Assembly: GCF_009914755.1 (NCBI RefSeq)
Contig: NC_060929.1
Source: the human T2T-CHM13v2.0 reference genome, Homo sapiens
Strand: one strand, 5' to 3'
Length of the DNA: 64,000 nt
The notes below the pieces were generated by a model that was given only the letters and a program-made list of their open reading frames with translations, searched no databases and was not told the DNA's origin. The position numbers and the translations under genes are program-made. Below, one piece after another: positions 1-20,590 of the stretch (within the stretch, counting starts at the first letter, position 1; each line of letters begins with the position of its first letter).

Positions 1-820
1 TACAGAAAAGAGTTGCTGTTTGCAGAGCTGTTAATTTAGTCTGACCACTGGAGAGCCATTTAGTGCTTTGGAATAGATAATTTGTTAAATGACACATAAG
101 GAAGTTGAAAAAAATTAATGCTCGTCTCCAAAGAGCAATTTACTCCTTTTTTTCGATTCAAGCTAAATATTTGTTCAGAGCTTTGACTTCCTTATAAGAG
201 AGAAACTATAAAATGACAATACAATAATCTTTTTATTTTCTTATTTAGAACAATGAAACCTGAGGAAGAAACTTAATATTGAGAATGAATACTGGCACAC
301 CTAGAGGAATTTCTACAAAGAATATAAGATTACCAAACTGAACATAAGAAACCATAAATGACATGTACACTGTTGGAAATATATCTAAATTTGCATAGAA
401 CTTTGTCAGATAAATCACAGCTAAACCTGTTGAATTTTTTATAATCAAGAGTAATAAGTGTGGCTATCAATGTGCATTTTAATCCAAGTTTCTTAGAAGT
501 CTGTAATTGTTCCAGGTTGGTGAGATACAGTTTCTAACACAAAGTACAGAATTTCTCTCATCAGAGTAAGAGATTCTTGTGCCTGTGTGTCTGTTCTCTC
601 CTACCTGAGTATATAATGTCTCTGCTGGATTACCCAAGACCGTTCTGTTCACAAAGAGCCTGAAGTGGAAGAATCTGTGGGTATTTACATGTTCTCAAAC
701 CTGTCTGGATTGTTGTAACTACAAGGGAAAGTATTAGGCCAATTCAAATGCTAACTTTGCAAAAGCACTCAACCAAAAACAATTCAGCATCACTGTCTTA
801 AAAGAATTTGGGCAAACTAA

Positions 821-1135
<315 letters not shown>

Positions 1136-3328
1136 TTGTAAACTTTAAATTAATACAATATAAAGCCTACATAACTCCCTGGGAATGTCAAACTTGTGGG
1201 ACTCACAGTGGATATACATGAAAGGCCATATCCTGAGATCCAAAGGAAAAGCTGATTTAAATGACAAGATATGTTATATTTACCAATGCATATATTTAAT
1301 GAATCAAGCACACAGTCCTCATCTATTCAGCAATTTCAGCAATTTCAGTGCTTTTCCTGCTTGCCTTGAAAATTTCATCTAGGAGTTCACAAAGGAATAC
1401 TCTTTGAAGCTTCATCATCAAAAGGATTTTTCCCCAGGGAAGTCCAGTTTTTAGTTGTCTTTTATTGTCATCAATCCTTAGTCTAGGTCTGTCCTCTGGT
1501 GATGGGTTGTGTTTACAGCAACAGTGTTCCTGGACCCAGAGATCCTCAGGCAACATTATAGTGACCATTTATTCTGACCCCCTAAATGGAAATGAGGTCT
1601 AATGAATGAGGCTTATAATGTTATTTGGTTTTCCTGGAATAAAATAACCTGGAAACAGTGGTTGGAAATCACTGGCTTGGAGAAGCCAAGAGTGCTTGCT
1701 GTCTTCAACAGTTCAGTATGTGCTGCTAATTACATCAATATACACCAGTGAGCACCTGACCAATCTCTTTGCACGGAAACCTTTGTCAATCTTGTGCTCC
1801 CTTTCTTCTGTAGTTCCTGGTCCAGGCTGCATGGATAATGAGGGAGTAGGAAAGAGCTAACACAGTTCACCTTGGCTTCATCCAAAAGCCAATTCTTGTC
1901 TTCCCAGCTACATCCCTCTGACAGTTCCAACTCCTTTATCGTCTGCATTTTAGCATCCCTTTCATGAAGAGCTATTTGAAAATCAACCAAAAATTACATA
2001 CAAGCCTTAAATTGAAGTTTGCCAATTTAGGTGCAGTAATTGCAGAAGAAAGAAAAACAGTTACTAGAGGAGTTGAGGAGAAAGATCACTACATGGTAGG
2101 TAAGAGAAGATTGCCCAAATAGGGAGAGCAAGGATAATTTTTAAGATCATGGCATTGGTGTGCACAAACTTAGCTTCCTTTGGGACAGGCCTCATAGGGT
2201 AGTGAGACACCATCTCCTTTAAATGTGATGGCAACACTTGACTCATTCTAAATTACAGGCATCCCTAATTTTTATGCCAAGAAAGATTTTCTCCAATGTA
2301 ATGTGGGAAGACCAGATGGCCTTGTCATTGCTATCAGTGGATCACGGAGCTCTTGAGAGCATGCCGAGGGCTCTGGCTTTAGCTAATTAACGTGAGCTCC
2401 GAGTCAGAGGCAAGAATTAAGCAATCAACTCCTTTCTTGAATTCTTATACATTTTGGAATTGTGCCCATGATTAGCTTGCTCTGAAAAGTCTCAATATAG
2501 AAAAAAAAGTATCACTTGGGCTAAGCAAAGAATTATAGGAAAACTCCCATATGTACTTGGAAAGAGAAATTAAATGTCTAATTAGGGCAAGATAAAACCA
2601 GATAGAGCCAAATCTATAATACTTTTTTGTAGGAGAAATATTTATTTCTATTAATAGAGGTTGTGTAAAGTTTTGAGAGTTAGGCGGAATCAGGTAGCCT
2701 CTGATTAAGTTGCATTTTAATATTTCATACAATTTTTGAGGAAAATAAAGCCCCTATTAGTCAAGTGGATATTGTAAATGACGTCAAGATTATTTTTCTG
2801 CGTGAAAGAGTGCATCATAAATCTCTTTTTCCTTCAGTCTTTCTTGTGTTTATTATTTCTACATACACAGCATCCAACAGAGTGACTAACACATAGTGAA
2901 TATTTAAAAATGTTTGCTGAAAAAAATGACTAGATTTGGAACAAGATTCTGTGTGGTACTGTCGCTGCTATATGGTTATTGCATGGGAAGCTTTGAATCC
3001 ATTTATTAACTTGTTTGCTAAACAAACAATTGTTGATCTCCTGCTGTGGGCCTAGGTATGGAGTTCTAGGGATAAGAATAAAACAGACAAAAATAAAACA
3101 AAAGCTGAACGTCTACAATTTTGAGTTAGTATGACCCTTTGAATTTGTGAAGATTATTGATATTGATATGATATTTCTTGTAATATGATACAGTTCTTCC
3201 AATATTGCAGCAACATGATGATTAAATACAAAAAACCCCAACCCCAAACAATAGCTTTTTGGACTCACAACCCAAGTATGTGCATTTCTTTCATTTCCTT
3301 GTCTCCTTGCTTGACTCCCATTACCCTA

Positions 3329-3617
3329 TTTTTTTTTTAAGATGGAGTCTCACTCTGTCACCCAGAGTGGAGGGCAGTGGTGCAATCTTGGCTCACTACA
3401 ATCTCCGCCTTCCAGCTTCAAGCTATTCTCCTGCCTCAGGCTCCTGAGTTGCTAGGACTACAGGCATGCACTATCACAGCCAGCTAATTTTCATAGTTTT
3501 AGTAGAGATGGGGTTTCACTATGTTGGCCAGGCTGGTCTCGAGCTCCTGACCTCAGGTGATCCACCCGAGGTCTCCCAAAGTGTTGGGATTACAGATGTG
3601 AGCCACTGTGCCTGGCC
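3329..3617 (-). mobile_element. AluS-type SINE
   Basis: Antisense Alu body; imperfect TSD ccattaccctatt (3318-3330) / ccattaccttact (3618-3630). Confidence 0.95.
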
Positions 3618-3936
3618 CCATTACCTTACTTTACAGATTGCTTCCATTGTCCAGCAATTTACAAGAAGAGAGCTGCTTCTATATCCCAGGTCAATGTTGC
3701 TTTCAGGCAGTGGAGCCAAAGGGTAGAGAAGAATGAGATAATGTGGATCTATAGCCATGTGCTTTTTCCCCTGTGCTGGCCTGGAAAGAATGTCCAAAGC
3801 TCTCACAGATGTGCACACTCAAACTAACATTTATTTTATGAAAGTTCTTTCCTTTGGCATGCAGCCTTTGTCTACAACACAGCTTTCTGACAAAATTCTC
3901 CCAAGGCTTTTTCTTAAGGTGGTGCAAGCTCTAGGC

Positions 3937-4429
3937 TTGGGGTATCCAATATGGTAGCCACTAACTGCATGTATCAGGCCCTTGAAATGTGTCTGGTGTG
4001 ACTGAGGAACTAAACTTCTAATTTCATTTAATTTTAATTAATTTAAAGCTAACTTTAAAACTGGTAATTCAGTTTTGGAAATGTTTCAAGAATGTTTGGA
4101 ACAACTTGGTGCCTCTGCAAATCTGTTTTTTTCAACTGTTAATTTCATGAAATCTAAATACAGATCAAGTATTTCCGATGAAAATTTAGTGTCCAAATTG
4201 AGATGTAAAGTGCAAAATATGTACCAGATTTCAAAACAGTACAAAATGTAAACTATCTCAAATAATTTTTAAAATATTGATTACATGTTGAAATGAGAAT
4301 ATTTTAGATATATTGGATAAAATAAAATAAATTATTAAATAGATTTTTCCTTTTTGTTACTCTAAATGTCTTCTGCAAAATTTAAAACTATATGTGTGTC
4401 TTGCATTATATTTCTATTAGGTAGTGTTG
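3937..4429. mobile_element. hAT-Charlie DNA transposon remnant (Charlie1/MER33-like)
   Basis: Degenerate TIRs ttggggtatccaata / tattaggtagtgttg; 8-bp hAT-type TSD ctctaggc (3929-3936) / ctttagac (4430-4437); internal Charlie1-like AT-rich text. Confidence 0.8.
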
Positions 4430-4447
4430 CTTTAGACAAAGTGTAAT

Positions 4448-5449
4448 TATTGGAGGAACCCACCGCCAATATTTCAACATAGGTTCTTTCTATTTTCCAT
4501 AAGTGTCGGCTGGCTGAGAAATAAAGAGAGACAGTATAAAGAGAGGAATTTTATAGCTGGGCCACCAGGGGTGACTGTGATGCCTGCCTGAGTCTCAGAC
4601 CGGCAAGTTTTTATTAAGGGTTTCAATAGGGGAGGGGGTGTAAGAACAGGGAGTAGGTACAAAGATCACATGCTTCAAAAGGCAAAAAGCAGAACCACTG
4701 ATAAGGGTCCAACAAAGATCACAGGGCAAAGGGCAAAAGCAGAACCACTGTTAAGGGTCTGTGTTCAGTGGTGCACGTATTGTCTTGATAAACATCTTAA
4801 CAGAAAACAGAGTTTGAGAGCAGAGAACTGGCCTGACCACAAATTTACCAGGGCAAAGTTTTCCCAACCCTAGTAAGCCTCAGGGTTCTGCAGGAGACCA
4901 GGGTGTATCTCAGTCCTTATCTCAACTGCACAAGACAGACATTCCCAGAGCGGCCATTTATAGACCTCCCCCCAAGAATGCATTCCTTTCCCAGGGTATT
5001 AATATTAATATTCCTTGCTAGGAAAAGAATTTAGCGATCTCTCTCCTACTTGCACGTCTGTTTATAGGCTCTCTGGAAGAAGAAAAATATGGCTCTTTTT
5101 GCCTGACCCCGCAGGCAGTCAGACCTTATGGTTGTCTTCCCTTGTTCCCTAAAAATTGCTGTTATTCTGTTCTTTTTCAAGGTGCACTGATTTCATATTG
5201 TTCAAACACACATGTTTTACAATCAATTTGTATAGTTAACACAATTATCACAGTGGTCCTGAGGTGACGTACATCCTCAGCTTACGAAGATAACAAGATT
5301 AAGAGATTAAAGACAGGCCTAAGAAGTTATAGAAGTATTATTTGTGAACTGATAAATGTCCATATTAAGATGAAATCTTCACAAGTTATGTTCCTCTGCC
5401 ATGGCTCCAGCTGGTCCCTCCGTTTGGGGTTCCCTGACTTCCCACAACA
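4448..5449 (-). mobile_element. MER11 solo LTR (HERV-K HML-8 family)
   Basis: Minus strand begins tgttgtgggaagtcagggaaccccaaacggagggaccagctggagcc, matching the MER11 5' end; perfect 6-bp TSD tgtaat (4442-4447, 5450-5455). Confidence 0.9.
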
Positions 5450-5910
5450 TGTAATAACTTCCTCTAATTACTATTAGCTACTTTTTCCTCATTGTGAAGT
5501 AGTTACCATAAGATGCAAGTGCCTACCCCAGAGTAGCCAGGAGTGGCCTGCAGTTTCGGTCTTCATTGAGCCCTTAACTCTACTTCCTCATCTTACCAGT
5601 CAAAAGAATTCTATCTACTTTTTGCCCTTCTTATCCTTCCTGTCCTTCTCCTCATTCTTCTCCCTCTACTCCTCCTACATCTATAGACCTGCACAGTTTC
5701 TCCTGAGTTAAATAATTTCATTCATGTTATTTCTACTGCCTAACTTTGACAACTTTCCCTCTTCTATATGTTATAGATTTCTCCTTTGAAATTCCCCCTC
5801 TGACCAATACAGACTTTGTAATTCACCTTATATTGATTGCAATATTGAATATGGGCTAACGTTTCCAGGAGGAAATAAAATAATTGGAATGCCAAGTAAA
5901 AAACACGTTA

Positions 5911-6237
<327 letters not shown>

Positions 6238-6536
6238 CTAAATTATTTTCTAAATCATTTTCTTAAATGACTTTTTCTTTGTTGATCAGAGGTGTGACTG
6301 TGTAGTGAGCAAACCGAATGTGGGAAAATAGTGGGTGTCAAAAATAACTTTAGCTTCAGTAGTCTGAATGCATAAATGCATAGTGGTATAGTTAGTAGGA
6401 ATAAGCAAACGAAGGAGAGGAGTTTTTTGGGCAGACATAGGACATCTTAAATTGGGCATATTAGTTGTGGAGTGCTGGCAGGCATGCAATGAGCTCAAAG
6501 TATCTCAGCAGGTAGCAACAAATGAAAGCCTAGAGC

Positions 6537-6659
6537 TGTGTACTATCCAATATGGTAGCCACTAGCCATCACATTTAAACTAAAATGAATTATGTGCATA
6601 ATGGTCACATGTGACTAGTGGTTGCTGTATTGACCAGCACAGATGAGAACCTTTTTTTT
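6537..6659 (-). mobile_element. MER3-like hAT MITE, left part (split by L1; remainder at 12680-12727)
   Basis: tatccaatatggtagccactagcc...gaccagcacagatgagaac continues after the L1 as ttatcatgacagaaagctctattagacagcgtta, the MER3 terminus. Confidence 0.75.
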
Positions 6660-6867
6660 TTTTTATTATACTAAGTTTTAGGGTACATGTGCACATTGTG
6701 CAGGTTAGTTACATATGTATACATGTGCCAGGCTGGTGCGCTGCACCCACTAACTCGTCATCTAGCATTAGGTATATCTCCTGATGCTATCTCTCCCCCC
6801 TCCCCCAACCCCACAACAGTCCCCAGAGTGTGATATTCCCCTTCCTGTGTCCATGTGATCTCATTGT

Positions 6868-10708
<3,841 letters not shown>

Positions 10709-10756
10709 TTATTTTGCTCGTTAGTTGATGCAGTTTCTTCCTAGTCTCGATGGTCT

Positions 10757-11773
10757 TTACATTTTGGCATGATTTTGCAGCGGCTGGTACCGGTTGTTCC
10801 TTTCCATGTTTAGTGCTTCCTTCAGGAGCTCTTGTAAGGCAGGCCTGGTGGTGACAAAATCTCTCAGCATTTGCTTGTCTGTAAAGGATTTTATTTCTCC
10901 TTCACTTATGAAGCTTAGTTTGGCTGGATATGAAATTCTGGGTTGAAAATTCTTTTCTTTAAGAATGTTGAATATTGGCCCCCACTGTCTTCTGGCTTGT
11001 AGGGTTTCTGCCGAGAGATCCTCTGTTAGTCTGATGGGCTTCCCTTTGAGGGTAACCCGACCTTTCTCTCTGGCTGCCCTTAACATTTTTTCCTTCATTT
11101 CAACTTTGGTGAATCTGACAATTATGTGTCTTGGAGTTGCTCTTCTCGAGGAGTATCTCTGTGGCATTCTCTGTATTTCCTGAATCTGAATGTTGGCCTG
11201 CCTTGCTAGATTGGGGAAGTTCTCCTGGATAATATCCTGCAGAGTGTTTTCCAACTTGGTTCCATTCTCCGCATCACTTTCAGGTACACCAATCAGACGT
11301 AGATTTGGTCTTTTCACATAGTCCCATATTTCTTGGAGGCTTTGCTCATTTCTTTTTATTCTTTTTTCTCTAGACTTCACTTCTTGCTTCATTTCATTCA
11401 TTTCATCTTCCATCGCTGATACCCTTTCTTCCAGTTGATCGCGTCAGCTCCTGAGGCTTCTGCATTCTTCATGTAGTTCTCGAGCCTTGGTTTTCAGCTC
11501 CATCGTCTCCTTTAAGCACTTCTCTGTATTGGTTATTCTAGTTATACATTCTTCTAAATTTTTTTCAAAGTTTTCAGCTTCTTTGCCTTTGGTTTGAATG
11601 TCCTCCCATAGCTCAGAGTAATTTGATCGTCTGAAGCCTTCTTCTCTCAGCTCGTCAAAGTCATTCTCCATCCAGCTTTGTTCCATTGCTGGTGAGGAAC
11701 TGCGTTCCTTTGGAGGAGGAGAGGCGCTCTGCGTTTTAGAGTTTCCAGTTTTTCTGTTCTGTTTTTTCCCCAT
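10757..11773 (-). pseudogene. L1 ORF1p, disrupted
   Basis: MGKKQNRKTGNSK... to ...QNHAKM, split by a CGA>TGA stop at 11444. Confidence 0.95.
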
Positions 11774-12228
11774 CTTTGTGGTTTTATCTACTTTTGGTCT
11801 TTGATGATGGTGATGTACAGATGGGTTTTTGGTGTGGATGTCCTTTCTGTTTGTTAGTTTTCCTTCTAACAGAGAGGACCCTCAGCTGCAGGTCTGTTGG
11901 AGTACCCTGCCATGTGAGATGTCAGTGTGCCCCTGCTGGGGGGTGCCTCCCAGTTAGGCTGCTTGGGGGTCAGGGGTCAGGGACCCACTTGAGGAGGCAG
12001 TTTGCCTGTTCTCAGATCTCCAGCTGCGTGCTGGCAGAACCACTGCTCTCTTCAAAGCTGTCAGAAAGGGACATTTAAGTCTGCAGAGGTTACTGCTGTC
12101 TTTTTGTTTGTCTGTGCCCTGCCCCCAGAGGTGGAGCCTACAGAGGCAGGCAGGCCTCCTTGAGCTGTGGTGGGCTCCACCCAGTTTGAGCTTCCGGGCT
12201 GCTTTGTTTACCTAATCAAGCCTGGGCA

Positions 12229-12444
12229 ATGGCGGGCGCCCCTCCCGCAGCCTCGCTGCCGCCTTGCAGTTTGATCTCAGACTGCTGTGCTAGCAATCAG
12301 CGAGACTCCGTGGGCGCAGGACCCTCTGAGCCAGGTGCAGGATACAATCTCGTGGTACGCCGTTTTGTAAGCCCGTCGGAAAAGCGCAGTATTCGGGTGG
12401 GAGTGTCCCGACTTTCAGGTGCCGTCCGTCACCCCTTTCTTTGA
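12229..12444 (+). CDS. L1 ORF0 (antisense 5'UTR ORF, 71 aa), open
   Basis: MAGAPPAASLPPCSLISDCCASNQRDSVG...RHPFL matches primate L1 ORF0; expression unknown. Confidence 0.75.
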   Translation: MAGAPPAASLPPCSLISDCCASNQRDSVGAGPSEPGAGYNLVVRRFVSPSEKRSIRVGVSRLSGAVRHPFL

Positions 12445-12658
12445 CTCAGAAAGGGAACTCCCTGACCCCTTGTGCTTCCCAAGTGAGGCAATGCCTCGCC
12501 CTGCCTCGGCTCGCGCACGGTGCGCGCACCCACTGACCTGCGCCCACTGTCTGGCACTCCCTAGTGAGATGAACCCGGTACCTCAGATGGAAATGCAGAA
12601 ATCACCCGTCTTCTGTGTCGCTCACGCTGAGAGCTGTAGACCGGAGCTGTTCCTATTC

Positions 12659-12668
12659 GGCCATCTTG
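12659..12668 (-). promoter_or_regulatory. L1 5'UTR YY1 site
   Basis: ggccatcttg = CAAGATGGCC on the minus strand at the canonical position. Confidence 0.8.
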
Positions 12669-12785
12669 GCTCCTCCCCCGAGAACCTTTTTTTTATCATG
12701 ACAGAAAGCTCTATTAGACAGCGTTACTCTTAGAGTTGGGGCTGGTTGTGGTTGGAAGATTTGGGGGGTAACTGATATAGAGATA

Positions 12786-13234
12786 TGCTATGGTTTGGAT
12801 ATGGGTTGTTTGCACCCCCCCATACCCCACTAAGTCTCATGTTGAAATTTGATCCCCAATGTTGGTGGTAGGGCCTGGTGGGAGATGTTTGGGCTAAGGG
12901 GGTGGCTGTCTTATGAATGACTTGGTGCAGTCCTTGTGGTAATGAGTTCTTGATCTGTTAGTTCTTGTGAGAGTTCCCATGAGACCTGATTGTTAGAAAG
13001 AGCCTATCACCTTCCCCTTCTCTCTTGCTTCCTCTCTCGTCATGTGATCTGCACACACTGGCTCCTGTTCACCTTCCAACATGAGTGGAAGCTTCATGAG
13101 ACCCTCCTCAGATGCAGATATTGATGCTATGCTTTTTGTACAATCTGCAGAATTGTGAGCCAAATAAACCACTTTTCTTTGTAAATTAACCAGCCTCAGG
13201 TATTCCTTTATAGGAACACAAATGGACTAAGACA
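12786..13234 (+). mobile_element. MSTB-like MaLR solo LTR
   Basis: tgctatggtttggatatg ... ggactaagaca; AATAAA near 13163; 5-bp TSD agata/agatg. Confidence 0.88.
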
Positions 13235-13365
13235 AGATGATAGCTGAAACTGGGAACTAGATGAAATCACTGAGGTTGAGAGAGAGTGTTATGAGAGAAG
13301 ACACAGAGGACCTAATCTAGGAAGACTCCAATTTTAACAGAATAAGTAGAAGAGGGCCAATAAAA
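13235..13365 (-). mobile_element. L2 remnant (probably continues 6380-6535 and 12728-12785)
   Basis: Degenerate purine-rich L2-like text (gatgaaatcactgagg...gagagaag). Confidence 0.45.
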
Positions 13366-14474
13366 AAAAAAGACATTCTACTTTTCTGGTTCTATTGTTT
13401 TGCATAAAATGAAAAGGATAACATTGTATAAGCTTCGAAGCTCCTTATATAATGGCTATTGAGTACCACAAGGAACAATATATTCAAACTATAGTTTTGT
13501 GAAAGAAACACGTTTTTGTGAAAGAAACACATTTTTTTGCACCAAAGCGAAATATTAAACTGTGGCATTGGATCACTTCTGCAAGGGAATGAGTGAGATA
13601 ATTGGGGGATTTTTTTTTCTAATAACTTTAAATGACTTCAGGTTTAGAGCTTAGATAATTAACAGTACAATAGAATTTCTTTCAAATGCAATTTTCCTTA
13701 AGCTTTTGGCAAGTGCAGGGTGACATTCAATCTATGACTGAATTCTGAGACAAGTAAGTGCCTGTGTTACAGGTGTTCTGTTCTTTTGGTTACAGCAAGT
13801 ACTGTATTCTTTAGGGCCAGATGTGGGGGAAGCAGAATCATGGACTTCTGTAGGAGTTTCAGAGCCTGACTTGAATTCCTGTACAGACAGGGCTACTCAA
13901 CTTCTCTATAGATGGGGTCTTTGGGAGACTTGAGGATGGCTGAAAATAGTACTGATGCTTTCCTTGGATGTAGTCACATCCTTGAATTCATAAATTGGCT
14001 CATGGGGTTGGATAAATATTTAATTGAAAATGTAATTATGCTTCACATAACATGAAACACATACTTTGAGAGTAAAATGATAAAAGTACAACTATTATAA
14101 AATGACTAATTTGACCACTAAGCAAGGTCTCTTGGAAGTTTTTTGATTTCATGGCCCTGAAAAATATCTAGTTTAAGAGAGGATTACATCATGAAGCGCG
14201 AATAAGATAAATGAGATATGAAAGGAATCCTAAATGGGACTACTCAGTGTGGATATTTATTATTTTCAACGTAACTGTTAGCAAATGTCTATCATGTTTT
14301 CATTTAGTTTAGCCGATGTAGAGCTCCACTTCCTGAGAAGTATATTGGGTTGTTTCCTCTATGTCCCTATGAAAAAAATAAAAGAAAAGAAAAAGGAAGT
14401 AAATTGGGCTTTTATCTGCTATTTTGAACTACTCTTACGTGGAAATTATTAAAATGTATTATAAGTGAAAAGCT

Positions 14475-17181
<2,707 letters not shown>

Positions 17182-17424
17182 TCAAACAATTTATTTTGAG
17201 AATAAAAATGTAAACAACAAAGGAATTTACTTGGTAATATTTCTTCCCTGATTTGGTTATTAGGCAGTGTTATTCATACATTTCAGTATTTGCATGTGTG
17301 TTTGTGTGTATAGATGTTTGTTGCCTTACATGTATTCAAAGTGACAGTCTAAACAGGGTTGCTAGTTGTATGTTTATACAAGGAAAATATTCATATTTAT
17401 TTCTTTGAAAAATGTACCAATTTC

Positions 17425-17710
17425 AGCTGGGTGCGGTGGCACATGCCTGTAATCCCAGCACTTTGGGAGGCCAAGGTGGGGTAGATCACCTGAAGTCAGG
17501 AGTTCAAGGTCAGCCTGTCCAACATGGCGAAACCCTGTCTCTACTAAAAATACAAAAATTAGCTGGTCGTGGTGGCAGGTGCCTGTAATCCCAGCTACTC
17601 TGAGGCTGAGGCAAGAGAATTGCTTGAACCTGGCAGGCGGAGGTTGCAGTGAGCCGAGTTCATACCTGGGTGACAGAGCAAGGCTCCACCTCAAAAAAAA
17701 AAAAAAAAAA
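17425..17710 (+). mobile_element. AluSx/Sz-like SINE with small internal deletion
   Basis: Alu body with long A tail; TSD aaaaatgtaccaatttc / aaaaagtaccaatttc. Confidence 0.95.
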
Positions 17711-18234
17711 AAAAAGTACCAATTTCAATTAAAGCTCTTCAACTCTGAATTGTATATGTGGTTCATTTTGCTAACTTGGACCTGAATCATTTTCTTTGCC
17801 AGGAGTTGGTACCAGAGAGGCCAGTCATTTTTTCCACCAACCATTTCAGCTTTGTTTCTACATATTCTTCATAGAAGACAGCCTGCTTCCTCACACACCG
17901 ATGAACGGTCTTTAAATAGATCACATGGTTGTTCTCCCTCTTCTCCCCTTGGAGTGCTTTGGGCCAGGGATGGACAAAATGGCAGCAGATTATTTTCTTT
18001 TGAAAATTCAGAATTGGACTCAGAGATTTTAGTATTGAATACCCAAATGAGAAAATTTACAAAGCATAGTAGGGGGAGGAAGAGGTAAAGAGAGAAGAAA
18101 GAGGCAGCAGTGGAAAACCTGAGAAATAGAGGAGGAAACTCAATTTCTGGCTTCCTAGTTTTTAATACCAGTTTACTTGAAGCTTGATTTTACTTTCTAT
18201 TTTTGAGATTTATTCAGTATTTCTTCAGCTCTCC

Positions 18235-18369
18235 AATAATGTCTCTTGTTTGGTTAAGGTCACTTGCACTTTTTAATAGATTTCATGAAGGTGATAGTAT
18301 AGCTATAAGTGATTATGTGCATGAATGTGTAATTTGCACAGGTAATTTCTGGTTATTATTGAGTTCAGA
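18235..18369 (+). repeat. 135-bp dispersed direct duplication, copy 1
   Basis: Ungapped match to 23594-23728 with 7 mismatches by manual alignment. Confidence 0.93.
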
Positions 18370-18459
18370 TGATTGATTTTTCACTTAGTGTTTCTTTTCA
18401 GGATGTTGGAGTAATGAGTAGAATCATTAACAGCAATGAAGAATAAACAAATACATGGT

Positions 18460-18605
18460 TAGCTATGATGTACTGTCCACTATGTGCTGGGTGCTATGAT
18501 CATATTTCGTACGCATTATGTCCCTCAGTCTTAAGAAAATCTTATGAGGCAGGTACTGGGATTGTCTCCATTGTGCAGATGAGTAAATGGAGACTTAGAA
18601 GTGCA
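18460..18605 (-). mobile_element. MIR remnant
   Basis: MIR core tctccattgtgcagatgagtaaatggagacttaga. Confidence 0.7.
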
Positions 18606-18619
18606 AGGAAAGCCTCTTT

Positions 18620-18895
18620 TCTAATTGTCCCCTTTGTTTAGCATAATGATGTAAGGATTGATATCCAGAGCTGTAGCAGCTATTACTTTTTTTTTTTACC
18701 ATGAGTCAACAAACATGAGAACAAGATACTAACACACTGAGGATGGTGGAGCAGAAGAATGGCAAAATTCTGGTACATTTATATGATTAAATTGCTAAAG
18801 AAATCTTGGAATCACTTACCCATAAATGTCTTGTTAAAAAACACAACTCTTTTTTCCAAGTTTATGCTGGTCATAGGTTTTCTGTTTCCTGAATT
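18620..18895 (+). mobile_element. Ancient ERVL/MaLR LTR remnant (LTR33/MLT1-like)
   Basis: ctaacacactgaggatggtggagcagaagaatgg motif and LTR-type 3' end. Confidence 0.5.
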
Positions 18896-19480
18896 TAATG
18901 TATTTTTATGAATGGTATGTCCAGAGAAGAGTGGCTGGTCCAGTTCTGTTAAAGTGTGGAGTATTGAAAGGTCAGCTGAAAATATTAAGTGATGAAAGAT
19001 TATAGAAGCTCTACTTGGCAGATTTTAGACTCTTGACTGTTTGGTTGACAATAAGGAGCCAATGAATATTACTAACCAGGAAAGTGACAGGCTTAGATTT
19101 GTGTGTTATAAGGTTCTGGCCTAGAGACTTCTAGTTTCAGTGTAAAGGAAACTGGAAGAGATTTGTAGACAAAGTGATAGGAGCCAATAATGACACAGAC
19201 ATTGAAGATGCAGGAGAAAAAGAGGTGCTTCATGGACAGGTTTTATAGTGGTTGGCTGGGAATGGCACCACGAGACCAGTAGACAGACTAGCTGTTGGGA
19301 ATCGGAGGGATAGTGGTTGACTAAATTAATAATTTTTAGATGAAGATAAATAAATGGAGGGAGCTCATATTTGATGGCATCAGTCTCTAAAGTTTACAAG
19401 GAAGAGTTAACTTAGCAGAGTGAGAAAAAAAATGGGCTTGATAAGTTTGAGAGTGAAAACTGTTCTGTTTTAAGAATTAT

Positions 19481-19814
19481 GGCCTGGTTGCAGCGGCTTA
19501 CACCTGTAATCACAGCACTTTGGGAGATGAGGTGGGAGGATCTCTTGAGACCAGGAGTTGGAGACCACCCTGGGTAATATAGGGAGACTCCATTTCTACA
19601 CAAAATTTAAAAATTAGCTGGATGTTGTGGCACATGCATGTAGTCCCATCTCCTCGGGAGGCTGAAGCGGGAGAACCCCCTGAGCCCTGGAGGTTGAGGC
19701 CACAGTGAACTATGATGGCACCGCTGCACTGCAGGGTGACAGAGAAAGGCCCTGTCTCTAAAAAAATGAAAATCCAAAACCAACCACACAAAAACCCAAA
19801 TCAACCAAACAAAC
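19481..19814 (+). mobile_element. AluJ SINE
   Basis: ggtgggaggatctcttgagaccaggag and gaactatgatggcaccgctgcac (J-type diagnostics); degenerate CA-rich tail. Confidence 0.9.
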
Positions 19815-20064
19815 AGGATGGAAAATTACCTAGGTTTCCATTTTATGCTTATTTTATCCTAATCTGTATTGGTTGTTGTGGTAACCATCCTTCAAGAAGG
19901 CTCCCACCGTACCTGACTCATAGGATTTTGTTAAGACTGAGGGACGTAATGCATATGAAATATGATCATAGCATCCAGCAGACAGCAGACAGTACATAAT
20001 AGCTAGCCATGTATTTGTTTATTCTTCATTGCTACTAGTGGTTCTACTCATTACTCCAATATAC

Positions 20065-20590
20065 TGAAAACAATCACTCAGTGATTTTTGCCTCTTGGTA
20101 TTCACACCCTTGCATAGTATCCTTTTGCGCAGAAGGCTGATCTGTATGGCCAATATAGTATGGTAGAGGTGACAGTGTGTGATTTCTGAGAGTAGGTCAT
20201 AAAGTGAATTGCAGTATTTATCTTGTTCTCTTGGATTGCTCATTGTCATAGAAGCCAGCTACCATATTTTGAGGATGCTCAAGCATCCCTGTGCAGAGGC
20301 TCATGTGTAGAAAAGCTGAAGCCTCTACCAACAGCCAGCACCAAGTTTTAGCCATGTAAGTCAGGCTCTTTGGAAGCACATCCTCCATTTCCAGAAATGC
20401 TTTCAGATGATTAACAGCTCTACCCAGCATCTGCGTGCGATGTTATGAGGGATCCTGAGCCAGAAGTGTGTGGTTAAGCTGATCTTGAATTCTTGATCCA
20501 TAGAAACTGTGAGGGACAATAAATGTTTATTGTTGCTTTAAGTGACTACATTTGGGGTAATTTGTCATATGGCAATAGATAAATAATACA
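20065..20590 (+). mobile_element. MLT1F/G-like MaLR LTR
   Basis: ggtattcacacccttgcatagt ... ccatagaaactgtgagggacaataaatg ... gcaatagataaataataca. Confidence 0.8.

Noticed and set aside
4676-4760. Direct repeat gcaaaagcagaaccactg(a/t)taagggtc
   Set aside because: Internal tandem unit typical of MER11 LTRs
13495-13532. 19-bp tandem duplication ttttgtgaaagaaacac; similar 9-23 bp doublets near 1327, 42893, 45336 and 51919
   Set aside because: Ordinary two-unit slippage duplications with no array or spacer structure (not CRISPR-like)
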